Notes: generated from the sequence alone by a model not told the origin. A stretch of 64,000 bases of DNA from an uncultured Gammaproteobacteria bacterium (GCA_963699925.1 CAVOVT010000007.1:441008-505007), one strand, 5' to 3'; positions 10,432 to 24,166 are shown, counted from the first letter of the stretch. Made by a program: numbers and translations.

Positions 10432-13233
10432 TCATCCATAAGCACCCACGTGTAACGCGATCAGCGCGCTGAGCTCGAGCATCAGCCCGTAAGCGCGCTC
10501 GATCGGATCGAAGATCCGCGCGTGCTCGACCGCATAGCCCGAGCTCGTGCGCGCGTAAGTGTCGCGCTCGGCGTAGACCTCCGTCTCGTCCGCGGCCTGA
10601 GCGGCCGGGAAGATTCGCCGCAGCGTCGACGACGGTATCGGGCACGTCGAGATACAACAGCCGCTCGACGAGCTCGTCGAGCGAAACCTCGGTCAGCGAG
10701 CTGAACTGCGGGATCTCCATCGCCTTCAAGTAGATGAGCTGAATCAGCGCGAGCCGCAGCGTATGCAGCCGCGTGAGCGCGTCGCCCGAGGACCACGTGC
10801 CCTCGACCTGGTGCTGCTCGAGCACGTCGTCGAGATCGGCCGCATCGCGGCGCAGCCGGCGCACGAAGCGCCGATCGAGTCGTAGTCGAAGACCTCGCCG
10901 AGCACCTCGGAGATCCGGCGCAGCACGCGGTTCCAGCCACGATCGAGCGACTGGCTCGTCCGGTCGAGCCAATAGTTCGCATTCATGAGCTGCACGTACG
11001 CCTCGAACATCGTGACGTCGGAGCGCTCGCCGCGCCGCGAGCGCGAGCGTGAGCACCCGCTCGAGCCGCTCGGAGCCTTCGAGCACCGCGAGGAACTGTC
11101 TCTGGTGATTGGTTCGTCGCGAGCCCGAGACCCGCGAAGCTGTTCACGAGATAGCCGAGCTGGTGCAGCATCGCGTTGTTCGGGATCGCGCGCAGCTCGC
11201 GCGATCGTCTCGATGCCCGCGCTCGAGCGGCCGCCGCCTTGCCGCTTCGCGGGCCGCGAGCCGGTCGGGTACAGCAGGCCGCGGCCGAGCGTATTGATCA
11301 AGCGCGAGGTAGCCGCGGTGCCGGCCCAGCCGTTCTTGAGTTGTCCTTGAGCGTCAAGAAGAAGTCGAGCGCCCAGCCGCTCTGCGCGTACAACGCGTCG
11401 GGGCGCGCGGGCGACGGCCGCGTGAGCCGTGCGCTGAGCAGATCCGTTGCGACCGCGAGCGCGGTGCGCTCGGACGCGAACCACAGATAGCCCTCTCCGC
11501 CTTGGAAGCTCACCTCGTGCTTATGCGGCGTCGCGAGCTCGTTCAAGCGCCGGCGGACCTCGCTCGAATGCGTGTACAGGAACCGATCCTCGAGGCTGCG
11601 CGGATGCGCGCCGCGGCCAATCGATTCGCCGTGCGTGTCGAAGAACAATAGCTGCACGCCCTGGAGCCCGCGCGCTTCCCAAAGCCGGATCAGCCGGAGC
11701 TTGAAGCGCTCGATCGCGAGTGTGGCGGCCGGTTGGCCGATGTAGCGGCCCGAGTCGGAGAAGCCGAGCTGGACGCAGAATCGGCCTTGGCGCTGCACAT
11801 AGTCGAGGAAATGCTGGTTGTCGAGCAGCTCGGCGATCACGCGGTCGCCGTGATGCATGCCGTCCGCGGTCTCGAACAGCGGCGAGATCTCGACTTGGGC
11901 TCTCGACGCCGAAGAGCCGAGCGTAGTAGAGCGCCGCGAGCAGCGTGAACGGCGTGTCGGACTCCGCGACCAGCATCCGCACGGGCGTGCGGGCGTCGAA
12001 GTGCTTTTGAAACTGCGCCGCGAGCATGAACACGCGCTTCGCGGTGGTCTGCTCGCGCGCGACGGTGCCGTAGTGCACGTTCACGGGCGTCACGTTGTCG
12101 AGCAGGCTCGTCACCGCGGCCAAGAAATGCCGGCGGGTCGGGCTCTCGCCGGGCGCGGCGTCGAGCGCGATGTCGGGCCGGATCGCGTTGTGCAACTGCA
12201 CCGAGTTCAGCCGAAAGTGCAGGCGCGCAAGACCGAGCCCAAGCCCTAACCATTCGGCGCGGAACACGAGCAGGTCGCGGCACTGAATTGGGGTGAGCTC
12301 GAACTCGAGCAGCGCCGCGAGCGCCGCGTCGATCGCACCGATCGCGTCCTGCTTGAGCGCGCGCTTCTCGAGCGCCAATCGATTGAGCCTGCCGAGCCGC
12401 ACGGTATCGTCCGCCTCGCGCCCGAGCGCCTCGACGCCCATCTGGAAGCACTCGCTCAATGCGCCGAGCGCGCGCGCAATCGCGTCGAACGCCTCGGCTA
12501 CCTCCGTCGTCGCATCCGCGTGCCGCTCGCGCATGTCGCGAAGGCCTTCGTGCAGCTCCTCGAGGCCCGCGAGCGCGATCTGGTACCGGCAGCTCAAACT
12601 GCGGTTCCAGCCGATGTCCGTGCGGCCATCCAAGTCGAAGCCGACCCAGGTGGCGGCCGTGAAGAAGCGCGGCACGAGCCGCCGGTAGTCGTCCGGGTAA
12701 AGCTCGGCCGCGATCTCGACCGCGACGCGCAACATCCGGCGCATCGCCTTGCGCAGGTGCCGAATCGCGACCATCGACGCATCGGCCTCCTGCTGCAGTG
12801 TCGGCGCGGACGCGCGATGCACGGTCACGCGGCGAGGCTGAGCGTGCGCGCCGTTCGCGCGCGTGCCGACTGAGCCCAAGCGCATGAGCTCGAGCGCGAT
12901 CTCGTTCGCGCCCTCCGACAACGAGAACGTCGGATGCGCCGTGAACACGATCCCCGCGAGCTCCGAGCCGAGCAACCGCTCGAACACCGTGAAATCGACG
13001 AGTCCGCGCCCGTCGTGCGCGAGGTCGCGGAACAAGCGGCGCAGCCGCGCCTCGTTGTCCTGCTCATCGTGGAAGCTCAGCTGGCGAAGCAGCCCGTCTA
13101 CACGCGCCTGCAGCGCGGGCAGCGCGGCATCGGCGATCTGCTTCGCGATGTCGTCGAGCGTGAGCCGGCCGTGCAGCAGCTGGAACACTAGCGTCCAGGA
13201 CTTGTCGAGGTGGTTGTCGCGCGGCGCGAGCAT
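10432..13233 (-). CDS. ppc: phosphoenolpyruvate carboxylase, divergent type (several frameshifts)
   Basis: FTAHPTF, WVGFDLDGRTDI, QLGFSDSGRY, FFDTHGESIGRGAHP, SFQGGEG, RAIPNNAMLHQLG spread over consecutive frames; ends LIALHVGAYG*. Confidence 0.8.
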
Positions 13234-13462
13234 TCGGTCATTGTGCGGCGACGCGTCGCCGATGGGGATGGCCGGTAAAGTACTGCAGCTTCTGTGCCAC
13301 GCGCGGCGCGGCAGGCAGAGTCTCGACCGGAAGGGCGACCCCTCTAGCGGAGCGCCGGCGACTTCAGAAAGGCCGCGCCGAACACGTGCCTGGCGCGCTC
13401 ACGAACCGCGCACCGGGAACCCAGGTTGCTCGGAGGCGGTGCACGGCCTCAGGCCTCGAAGC

Positions 13463-14314
13463 TCAGTACGCGACGCCGAGCTCCGCCGAAAGCTGCGCCT
13501 GCATCTCGGGCGGCACGTCGAGCGAGCCGATGGTGACGCCGTTCGGCGCTCCCGCGGCGATCCACCAGCGCACGATCGCAACCTGTCGATCCGTCAGCGG
13601 CGTCTTGCCCTCCGCCGGCATGAACTCCTCGTCGTCGTGCGGCAGCGAGATCCGGCGCAGCAGCTCGCTCTGCTCCGTGTCGCCCTTCACGATGACCTTA
13701 CCGCTGTCGCCGCCGCGCATCGCGGTCTTGTAAGACGTGAGATCGAGACCGTTCTCGCGCTTGTCGGAGTTGTGGCAGCCACCGCAGCGATCCTGAAAGA
13801 ATTTGCCGACGACGTCCTCGAACGGATCGGCCTCGTGCACGCTCGTGACCACGCGCCGCGGCGCGAGACCCACGAGCGCGCGCAGCGGTTGCGGCGCGTA
13901 TTCGACGAGATACGTCGAGCCGTGGGTGAGATTGCCGCCGAAGTGGCCCGTGATCGCGACGAGGAGCAGCAGCACCGCGGCCGCGGGAAAGAATACCGGC
14001 TTGTAGCTCGCGGCAAAGCTGCTCGTGCGCACCAACGCGACGACCGTCGCGATCAGGGCGACGGCCGTGCCGAAGTTGCGATGCTGCAGCCCCGACGAGC
14101 CGAAGTTGCCCTCGCTCAAGTGCAGGTAGCCGAGCGTTACCGTGACGAGCGCGGTGAGCGCCATCGCTCCCCAAAGGAACGGGGAAGCGGCCTCGAGATA
14201 TCGGTACTTCTCCTTGCGCGCGAGCCACTCGAGCACGAACAGCGCACAAATGATGCCGATCGGCAGATGGAGGACGAGTACGTGGAAACGGCCGAGAAAG
14301 TAGAGAAAGTCCAT
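13463..14314 (-). CDS. membrane protein (DUF2231-like helices) fused to Planctomycete-type cytochrome c
   Basis: GRFHVLVLHLPIG, TGHFGGNLTHG, CGGCHN, GLDL, SELLRRI.LP....MP. Confidence 0.75.
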   Translation of the reverse strand: MDFLYFLGRFHVLVLHLPIGIICALFVLEWLARKEKYRYLEAASPFLWGAMALTALVTVTLGYLHLSEGNFGSSGLQHRNFGTAVALIATVVALVRTSSFAASYKPVFFPAAAVLLLLVAITGHFGGNLTHGSTYLVEYAPQPLRALVGLAPRRVVTSVHEADPFEDVVGKFFQDRCGGCHNSDKRENGLDLTSYKTAMRGGDSGKVIVKGDTEQSELLRRISLPHDDEEFMPAEGKTPLTDRQVAIVRWWIAAGAPNGVTIGSLDVPPEMQAQLSAELGVAY

Positions 14315-14469
14315 CTGCGCGATACCCTGCCCTGAACGTGAGGGTGCGTACGATAAATCAGCGCCGCCGCGCGCTGCCAGCTTGACACGGCCGGGGCGCG
14401 CAGCGTGACCGTGGCAGCGAGCCGCGGACAATCCTTCGGCCGCGCACGACTCCTAGCTGCGCGCGGGGA

Positions 14470-16025
<1,556 letters not shown>

Positions 16026-16062
16026 TGCGCTATGCCCCCTTCCGGCGTCGGGCGGTCGCCGA

Positions 16063-17133
16063 TTAGTTCTTACAGCCCGCGCGAAACGCGCGTTCGGCCT
16101 TTTTCGGGTCCGAGCGCGTCTCGAAGAAGTCGTCGATGTATGCCGTCGCGCTCGCCGCGTTGCGCTTGTCGAGCCCCGAGCTCATCGAGAAGAGCTCGAG
16201 CAGCTGCGGCTTCACGGCGTCGAACTTCGCGAACCGCGGTTCCAAGTCCGTCAAGCTTTCGCAACTGCTGCCGCGGTAGAGCCGCTGGCGGACGGAATTG
16301 ATTTTCAGCCGCTCGTTCGGCAGCGCGTAAGGCGTGTTGACCATGCCCGAGCTGTCGAAGTCGTAGGGCACCGGCACGAGCACGCCGTCGGCGCGCTGAT
16401 AGGGCACGATGTTGTGGCAGCAGGGCGAGCTCTGCGAACCCAGCACTGCCGACCAATCCGTGTTGCCTATGAAGTACTCGAACATGTTGACCAGCCCGAG
16501 CGCGTCGCGGTCGTACTGCTTGGGCTCGATTCGCTGCAGCTCCGCCTGTGTCAACCTCTTCCGTTCGGCGAAGCGCTCCTCGTTCTCGATGAACATCCCG
16601 GGCTGCACGTCCAGCTGGCGCTTCCGCTCGGTGTCGTAGTACGTCACGGTCAGCAAGCGCGCGCGCAAGCTCATATCCGTCAATAGATTCAGAGCGCGAT
16701 AGCTCAAATACTCGAGCAGCAGGTATTGGTCGTATGCAGCAGTCGCCTTGCAATGCGTGACGAGCTTGAGCTTGTCCTCGCCCTCGAGCACGGAACCCTT
16801 GAGATCGCTCGTTTTGAAGTTCAAGAGCAGCGGCGGGAAGTCGCATAGCTCCTTACGCGAATGGCCGCGGACACGCAGGCGCACGTCGAACGCCTTTTCG
16901 ACGCCCCCTTCCTGGAGCTTGAGCGTGCCGTCCATGTACTCCGGCTTCGACTTGGTATTCTTGAGCGTGCCGAGCGGCGCCTCGAGGCGCAGTACGAGCG
17001 GCTCGTTCGACGCGAACAGGGCGTTGTCGCCGGCAAAGGCGCTGGCGCTAACCAGCAAGGTCAGCAGCGCGGCCGCGCCGACTCGTCGGGAGGCGCGACT
17101 CGAGCAACTTACAACACGCATCGTCGTTCTCAT
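16063..17133 (-). CDS. secreted CotH-like protein kinase-fold protein
   Basis: signal peptide ASAFA; VRGHSR, KLKLVTHC, EYLSY, IGNTDWS, HNI, VPVPYDFD. Confidence 0.6.
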   Translation of the reverse strand: MRTTMRVVSCSSRASRRVGAAALLTLLVSASAFAGDNALFASNEPLVLRLEAPLGTLKNTKSKPEYMDGTLKLQEGGVEKAFDVRLRVRGHSRKELCDFPPLLLNFKTSDLKGSVLEGEDKLKLVTHCKATAAYDQYLLLEYLSYRALNLLTDMSLRARLLTVTYYDTERKRQLDVQPGMFIENEERFAERKRLTQAELQRIEPKQYDRDALGLVNMFEYFIGNTDWSAVLGSQSSPCCHNIVPYQRADGVLVPVPYDFDSSGMVNTPYALPNERLKINSVRQRLYRGSSCESLTDLEPRFAKFDAVKPQLLELFSMSSGLDKRNAASATAYIDDFFETRSDPKKAERAFRAGCKN

Positions 17134-17206
17134 TTCGGCACGGGACTGAGCCGCGAAATCATAGGCGCGAGCGAAGCGGCGGGGCAACGATCGGTGCGGC
17201 CCACCT

Positions 17207-19127
17207 TCAATCGGCACGCGACGCGATCAGGAAGTCGCGACGCGCGAGAATGGCCTGTACGCGCCGAGCGTCGAGCACGTCGCCGAGCGCGGCGCCCAGG
17301 CTTTCTTCATCGAGCGCCTGAAGCCGTTCACGCAATCGCGGCGAGATTTCGAGCGGTTGCGAGCGCAAATAAGCAGGCACGCCCGTAAACGTGCCGAACA
17401 GGCGTCGATTGCCGGTGAGCGCGAGCTGCCAGCTCGCCGGCGTGTAGCGCAGCTCGGCGGCCGTGCGCCCTTCGCTGCCCGCAAGCGCGTCGAACACGTA
17501 CGACGCCGCGAGCTGGTCGACGAGCGGGCACCACGCGTCCGCCCCGGCGCGCTCCGCGGCCCGCGCGCTCTCGTCCGGCAACTTGGCCGCGTCGAGATAG
17601 ACGGCGCCGAAGTCGCCATCCACCTCGCGCAGCGCCGCGACCGGCGCGAGATCGAAGCCGAGCAGCTCGTCGAGCCGAAACGCCGCGACATCGGGCACGA
17701 AGCGCGCGGCGCGCTTCCCGGTCGCGGGCTCGAACAGCGCTTCGATCGCGCCGCCGTCGGTCGCGAGCGTGAGCCGCGTCGTGCCGTCGGCGCCTTTCGC
17801 GCGCGCGCTGATCGGGGCACTCGCGAGAACCTCCTTCAGCTTCGCGTCGTCGTAGCCGCGCGCGCGCGGCCCGACGAGGCGCGGCTGCGCCGCGATCGGC
17901 GCGGCGGCTGCGTCGCCCGCGTAGACCGCGGTCGCGGAGCCACCCTCGAGCACGAGCGCGGACGCCCGCCCGCCGCGCTGCTGCATGCCCGTGTCCACTC
18001 GCAGCACCATGCCGTCGAAACGGCTCAGCACGCGCGCGGTCGGCGTCGGCGTGTGACCTACGACGACGCGCTTCGCGCCGAGCGCGGCGAGAACGCGCGA
18101 GAGCCGGTCGCGCTCGATCGGCTCGCTGCAGCTCACGGTCCCGCGATACCAGTACACGGCGGAGACGCCGAACACGTCCGAGGCCGTGAGCTTGCGGAGC
18201 CGATCGGCGGCGGCCCGAACGGACGCCAACGCGGCCGTGCCCGCACGCTGCGGGTCGGAGAGGTAGCGATCGGCAATCGCCGGCCGCTCCCCGAACGCAT
18301 CCTCCGAGTGCAGCACGCCGGCCGCGACGAGCGATTCGAAGGCCTCGAGATAGTCGCGCAGCGCTGCGGAATACTCCGCGTTCACGTCGGCGGCCGACTT
18401 GCCCGCGAGCCCGGCGGGCAGGCCGCCGTGCACGAAGACGGTGTCACCGAGCACGAGTAGAACGGGTTGGCGCGTGAGCCATGCGCCGAAACGCCCGCCG
18501 GTCGCGAACGCGGCGCGTTGGGCGAAGAAACCGGGCGGATAGCGGCGCGCGAAGTCGGCCGCGACCGCGTCGTCGTCGCCGACGGCGCCCGCGTGCGCCG
18601 CGCGGAACCGAGCGAGCGCCGCCGCGCGCTCGGGTGCGGACTCCTCGGCCGCGTAGGCGGCGTAGTCCTCGCTCGCGACGTAGTCGAGCTCGCCGGTGAG
18701 GTTCATGATCTCGTGATTGCCGAGCACGAGTTGCGAGCGCCCGCCGGCGGCGCTCGCCTCGCGCTCGAGGCGCATCAGGAGCTCGAGCACGCGGCGCGAG
18801 CCGCTGCCTCGATCGAGCACGTCGCCGACGACGACGAGCGTCGCGCGCCCTCCGCTCCACGCGAGGCTTGTCGTCGAGGAGTCGCGTCGTCTTCAAGATG
18901 GAGACGAACGAGTCGTATGCGCCGTGCACGTCGGCGACGGCGACGATCCGACCAGGCGACGAAGCGATGGGCGACGACGACGGCGGTTGCGCGGTGAGGG
19001 CGGTGCTCGTGAGGAGTGCCACGAGAGCCGCGAGCGCGCCGGCCGTCCGCGCACGGAGCGCCGCCGCGCGCCAGCCCCGAGCGCCGCGCGCCGCGAGGTC
19101 ACTCCAGTTCGTGCGCCCGGCGCTCAT
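17207..19127 (-). CDS. secreted calcineurin-like metallophosphoesterase fused to degenerate kinase-like domain (frameshift near 18865)
   Basis: ADVHG, GDVLDRG, GNHE, VHGG, GHTP, VDTG; C-terminal DVAAFRLDELLGFDLAP...VFDAL. Confidence 0.75.
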
Positions 19128-19141
19128 TGCCGTCTAGCTCG

Positions 19142-20163
19142 TCAGAGCGCCTTCGGGAAGCGCTTGAACACCTTGCGTGCGTTGCCTTCGAAGATCTGCG
19201 CGCGCTGCGCAGCCGACAGCCTCTTGTTGCCGTCGACGTAGCGCTTCGTGTCGTCGAAGTAGTGCCCGGTCTCGGGATCGATGCCGCGCACTGCGCCGAC
19301 CATCTCGGACGCGAACAGGATGTTGTCGATCGGGATCACGTCGAGCAGCAAGTCGATGCCGGGCTGGTGGTAGACGCAGGTGTCGAAGTAGACGTTGTTC
19401 AGCACCGACTCCTTGAGCGGCGGCCGCTTCAGCATGTCGGCGAGCCCGCGGAACCGCCCCCAGTGGAACGGCACCGCGCCGCCGCCGTGCGGGATGATGA
19501 GCTTCAGGTCGGGAAAGTCCTTGAAGAGATCCGACGTCATCAGCTGCATGAACGCGACCGTGTCGGCCGCGAGGTAATAGGAGCCCGTCGTCTGGAAGTA
19601 CGGCGTGTTGCACGCCTCGCTCACGTGCACCATCGCGGGCACGCCGAGCTCGACCATCTTCTCGTAGAGCGGATACGAAGTAGCTTGTCCGCGAGGCCCG
19701 GGCCGTTGAAATAGCCGCCGCTCGTGTCGGGGTTCAGGTTGCAGCCGACGAAGCCGAGCTCCTCGACGCAGCGCACGAGCTCACGCACCGATTGGTCGAT
19801 CGCGACTCCCGGCGACTGCGGCAGCTGCGCGACGCCGACGAAGTTTTTCGGGTAGAGCTTCGTGAGCCTAAAGATCAGGTCGTTGCACTGCTCCGTCCAC
19901 GCCTTGCTGGTCGACGCGTTGCCGAGATGGTGACCCATCCAGCTCGCGCGCGGGCTGAAGATCGTGACGTCCGTGCCGCGCTCGCGCTGCAGCTTCAGCT
20001 GCGCGCCCTCCACGCTCTCGCGTAGCTGGTCGTCGCTGATCTTGAGCTCGCCTTTGACGGCCTGAGCTTGCGGATTCTTCTTGAGGTCGGCCTTCTGCTG
20101 GTCGCGATAGTCGCCGAGCGCTTTCGGCGTGGTGGTGTAGTGGCCGTGGCAGTCGATGATCAT
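19142..20163 (-). CDS. ligJ: 4-oxalomesaconate hydratase, amidohydrolase family (frameshift near 19670)
   Basis: MIIDCHGHYTT, SPRASWMGHH, LPQSPG, NLNPD, PHGGGAVPFHWGR, FASEMVGAVRGIDP. Confidence 0.8.
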
Positions 20164-20194
20164 CGCAACGCACCTGCAATCAATTGGGCCGCAA

Positions 20195-22346
20195 TCATTT
20201 GGACTGGGAGATCTCCGCGACGACGTACTCGCTCACGGCGCGGATCTGTGCGGCGCTAAGCGACGACCCGAACGCCGGCATGTTGTTGCGCCCATAGCTT
20301 ACGGTCTCGACCGCGAAATCGACGGTCGGCACCGACGTGAGCGGCATGCCGCCGCCGTGTCCGCCCTTGCCGTCCTCGCCGTGGCACGCCACGCAGACCT
20401 GCGCGTACACCTCGTGACCGTTCGCCGCCACGACCGGCTGCGCCGAGGCCGAGGCCGAGGCCGACGACGAAGGCGCCGGTTCCAAAGTCGACGTGGTCGG
20501 CGTCTCGGAGTCGCGCGGCGTCGTCGGCGGCAGCGTGCCGTCGAGGCCGAACAGCCAAACGCTGTCGCCATGCGCGGTGCCGACAAGCAGATTGCCGGCC
20601 GAATACGCGACGACGTACGGCTTGCCCGCGCGCTCGAATACCGTCACGGGCGAGTTCATGCCGGCGCCGGTCTGAAACTCCCAGCGCATCGCGCCGGTCG
20701 CGGATTCCAGCGCGGTGAGCCGGCCGTCGTTGCGGCCGACGAACACGAGCCCGCCCGCAGTCGCGACGGAGCCGCTGTAGCACTGATCGGTCCAGCGATA
20801 GCGCCACACGAGGCGATTCGTCGTCACGTCGAGCGCCGCGAAGATGCCCGAGCGCGGCAGCGCCGCGAAGCCGACGACCCCGCCCTCGTAGTGCGCGCCG
20901 TCGGGCGGAATCTCGAAGTCGCGGTCGCCGCCGACGAAATTGCCGACGACCGACGACGCACACACGAACAGCAGGTGCCGCCCGGGATCGTACGAGCTCG
21001 GCGGCCAGTTCGCGCCGCCGTAGAGGCTCGGGTTCACGATCATGCCGTCCGCGCCGACGAACGGCGTGAAGATCCGGCCTTCGTTCACGAGCTTGTACGC
21101 CTTCGGGCGGGATGTCGACGTCCTGCGGCACGATCGCGTCGCCGCGCGGATAGGGCTGCGTGGCCGCCGTCGCCTGGCGCGGCTCCTGCGGCACGGGCTT
21201 CTCGTCGATCCCGATCAGCGGCTCGCCGGTCTTGCGATCGAGAATGTAGGCCCAGCCCGTCTTGCCGACTTCGGCAAGCGCCTTGCGAGCGACCCCGCCG
21301 ATCTCGACGTCGAACAGCACGACGGGGTTCGGCGCGTCGTAGTCCCAGAGATCGTGATGCACTTGCTGGAAGTGCCAGCGGTATTTGCCCGTCTTCGCTT
21401 CCAGCGCCACGATCGAATCCGAGTAGAGATTGTCGCCCGCGCGGACGGCGCCGTTGAAGTCGGGCCCGGGGTTGCCGGTCGAGAAATAGAGCAGCCCGAG
21501 CTCGGGATCGACGGCCGGCGTGTGCCACACCGTCGCGCCGCCGTGCTTCCAGACATCGTTGTCCTTCGGCCACGTGTCGTGCCCGTGCTCGCCCGGGCCG
21601 GGCACGGTGTAGAACGTCCAGACGAGCTTGCCGCTCTTCGCGTCGAACGCCTTCACTCGGCCGCGCACGCCGATCTCTGCGCCGGAGAAGCCGGTGATCA
21701 CGAGACCGTCGTAGTAGAGCGGCGCGTTCGTGAGCGAGAACCCCTGCTCCCACCGCTCGGCCTGGACCGACCAGATTTGCTTGCCGGTCTTCTCGTCGAG
21801 CGCGAGCAGCTTGCCGTCGAGCTGGCCCACGAACACCTTGCCGGCGCCGAGGCCTACGCCGCGGCTCGTCCAGCCGCAGCACACGCTCGCAATTTTCGGA
21901 TCGAGCCCGCCCAAGTGCTGCCAGAGGATCTCGCCGGTCTCGATGCTGAGCGCGAACACGTCGTCCGCACCGGTGATCACGAGGATCCGGCCGTCGTGCA
22001 CGAGCGGCTGCGCCTCGCCCGAATACTGCGGCGCGAGCCCGGAGCCGCGCAGGTGCGTGCGCCAGACCCCTTTCAGCCCGCCGACGTTGCTCGGATCGAG
22101 CGCGCGGGTCGCGGAGTAGCGCTGGTTGTACAGGTTGCCGCCGTTGGTCCGCCAAGCGTCGCGCGGCGGCGCCACGAGCTGCGCCGGGGCGAACGCGTCG
22201 ACCTGGCCCCGCTGCGCGAAAAGGGCGCCCGGCGCGAGCAACGCGAGCAGGCCGAGGGCCCGGCACGCGCCTCCGATCCGCGCGCGGCCACGCCTGCGCG
22301 CCGGCTCGCAAAATTCGGCCGGTAGGCCGCGTCGATGCCCTTTCAT
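20195..22346 (-). CDS. quinohemoprotein (PQQ plus C-terminal cytochrome c) alcohol dehydrogenase-like enzyme (frameshift near 21100)
   Basis: NQRYS, vicinal VCCG, GAEIGVRG, TGNPGP, HHDLWDYD, C-terminal CVACHG...MPAF. Confidence 0.85.
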
Positions 22347-22579
22347 TCCGCTCCCCCTCGCCCGCTCGTCGTTCTCGTTTGCGGCCGGCTTCGCCGTTCG
22401 TTCACCCGCTAAGTATAGCGACGCGCGCGCGGGAGTCGCCGGGCGTCGCCCGGTCCTTGCGCCGGTCGCGCTTGACAGCGCTCGGGCCAGCGACTAAGAA
22501 GATTCGGTACCGGGTGGGGCCGCGCATCCTCGGCCGGACAAGAAGAACAACGACGTCAGACCTTCTCGGGGGAGGATCT

Positions 22580-23342
22580 GTGCAGACGAGTACCAAGAGC
22601 ACAGCTCACGGCGCCTATTACGACCGCGCCGCGAAGATGGTCCCAGGCTTCACGGTCTTGAACTACGGGTTCAGCAGCGAGCCCGAGGACAGCGTGCTGT
22701 CGCGCGACGAGCCCGAGTTCTACTGCCTGCGGCTCTACGAGCACACGCTGCGCGGCACGCCGCTCGCGGCCACCGACGTGCTCGAGGTCAGCTGCGGACG
22801 CGGCGGCGGCGCGTCCTTCGTCGCGCGCACCTACGGGCCGAGCCGCCTCGTCGGAGTCGACGTGAGCAGCGAGAACGTGCGCCTGGCGCGCAGCCGCGCA
22901 CGAACGCGGTCTCGAGTTTCGAGTCGGCGACGCCGAGCGGCTCGAGTTCGTGGACGCATCGTTCGACGTCGTGCTGAACATCGGTTCGTCGCACCTCTAC
23001 GACGACCGCACGCGCTTCTTCGCGGAGGCGCTCCGCGTGCTGCGTCCGGGCGGGCATTTCTTGTATACGGACGGCTGCTGGGCGGACGACGACTGCAGCG
23101 AGGACCTGCTCGCTGCGGGCTTCGAGCTGCTCGAGCGCCGCGAGATCACGACCAACGTGCTGCGCGCGCTCAAGCGCGACAGCCGCCGCCGCGAGGCGAT
23201 TTTCGATGCGCTCGAAGACCGCCAGCTTCGCGACGAGTACAAGGACTGGGGCGGCGTCGTCGGCTATCGTGCCTACCGGCGCTTCGAGGCCGGGCAAACT
23301 CGTTACTTTTCGCACCGACTCCGCCGCCCCGCCGCGGCTTGA
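22580..23342 (+). CDS. class I SAM-dependent methyltransferase (frameshift near 22900)
   Basis: LNYG, VLEVSCGRGGG, GVDVS, SFDVVLNI.SSH.Y, RVLRPGG. Confidence 0.8.
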
Positions 23343-23358
23343 GCCGGAATCCGCTGCG

Positions 23359-24166
23359 TCACCCGACGAGCCTCGCGAGCGCGGCATCGAGCGCCGCGTC
23401 CGCGGGCACGTCGATTCCGAACAGGTCGCCGAGCACGCCGCGCAGCTCCCCCACGCTACGCAACGTGCGCTCCTCGCGCGCGCCATCAAGAGGCTGGATC
23501 GCGAGCTCGGCGTCGCGGAGCTTGAGCGTTCGGCTTCCGTCGCGCCGTGCGGCCATCAGGCCGCTCTTGAACGGCGACTCGGGATGCGCCGAGACGATAG
23601 AAGTTCAGCACCTCGATGTCGAGCTGCGACTGCTGCTGAAGATCGAAGCTGTAGAGCGAGCGCCATTCCCCGCGCACCCTCGCCTGCGGCACGTGCTCGG
23701 CGCCGTCGCGCGCGATCCGGAACGTTTCATGCGGCGTGGGCTGCTCGGCCTCCGTCGCCAGCAGCAACGGACCGGTCATCGTGAGCCCGCCGAAGCCGAC
23801 GTCGCAGACGTAGTACTCGCCCTTCAGCGGCACGAGCAGCGCCATGTGCGTGCGCGGGCGCGGCGCATCGTCGCTGCGGTCCCAAATCACGCGCGCGGAC
23901 AGGCCGATCACGCGAAACCCGATGGCCGTCAACACGTGAGTGAACAGCAGGTTCTGCTCGAAGCAGTAACCGCCGCGCCGCTCGAGGACGAGCTTGCGCT
24001 GCAGCGAGTCGACGTCGAGCGGGATAGGCACGCCGCGCAGCGTATCGAGGTTCTCGAACGGGATCGCGGTCGGGTGCAGCGCGTGCAGGACGGTCAGCGT
24101 CTCGAGCGTCGGCGTGCGGTCGCCCGTATAGCCGATACGGCGAAAGTAGGCGTCGAGGTCGAGCAT
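23359..24166 (-). CDS. arylamine N-acetyltransferase (frameshift near 23600)
   Basis: IPFENLD, RRGGYCFEQN (catalytic Cys), THM (His), DVGFGG (Asp). Confidence 0.9.

Noticed and set aside
14382-14410. Perfect TTGACA hexamer on the plus strand
   Set aside because: No matching -10 element and no plus-strand gene downstream
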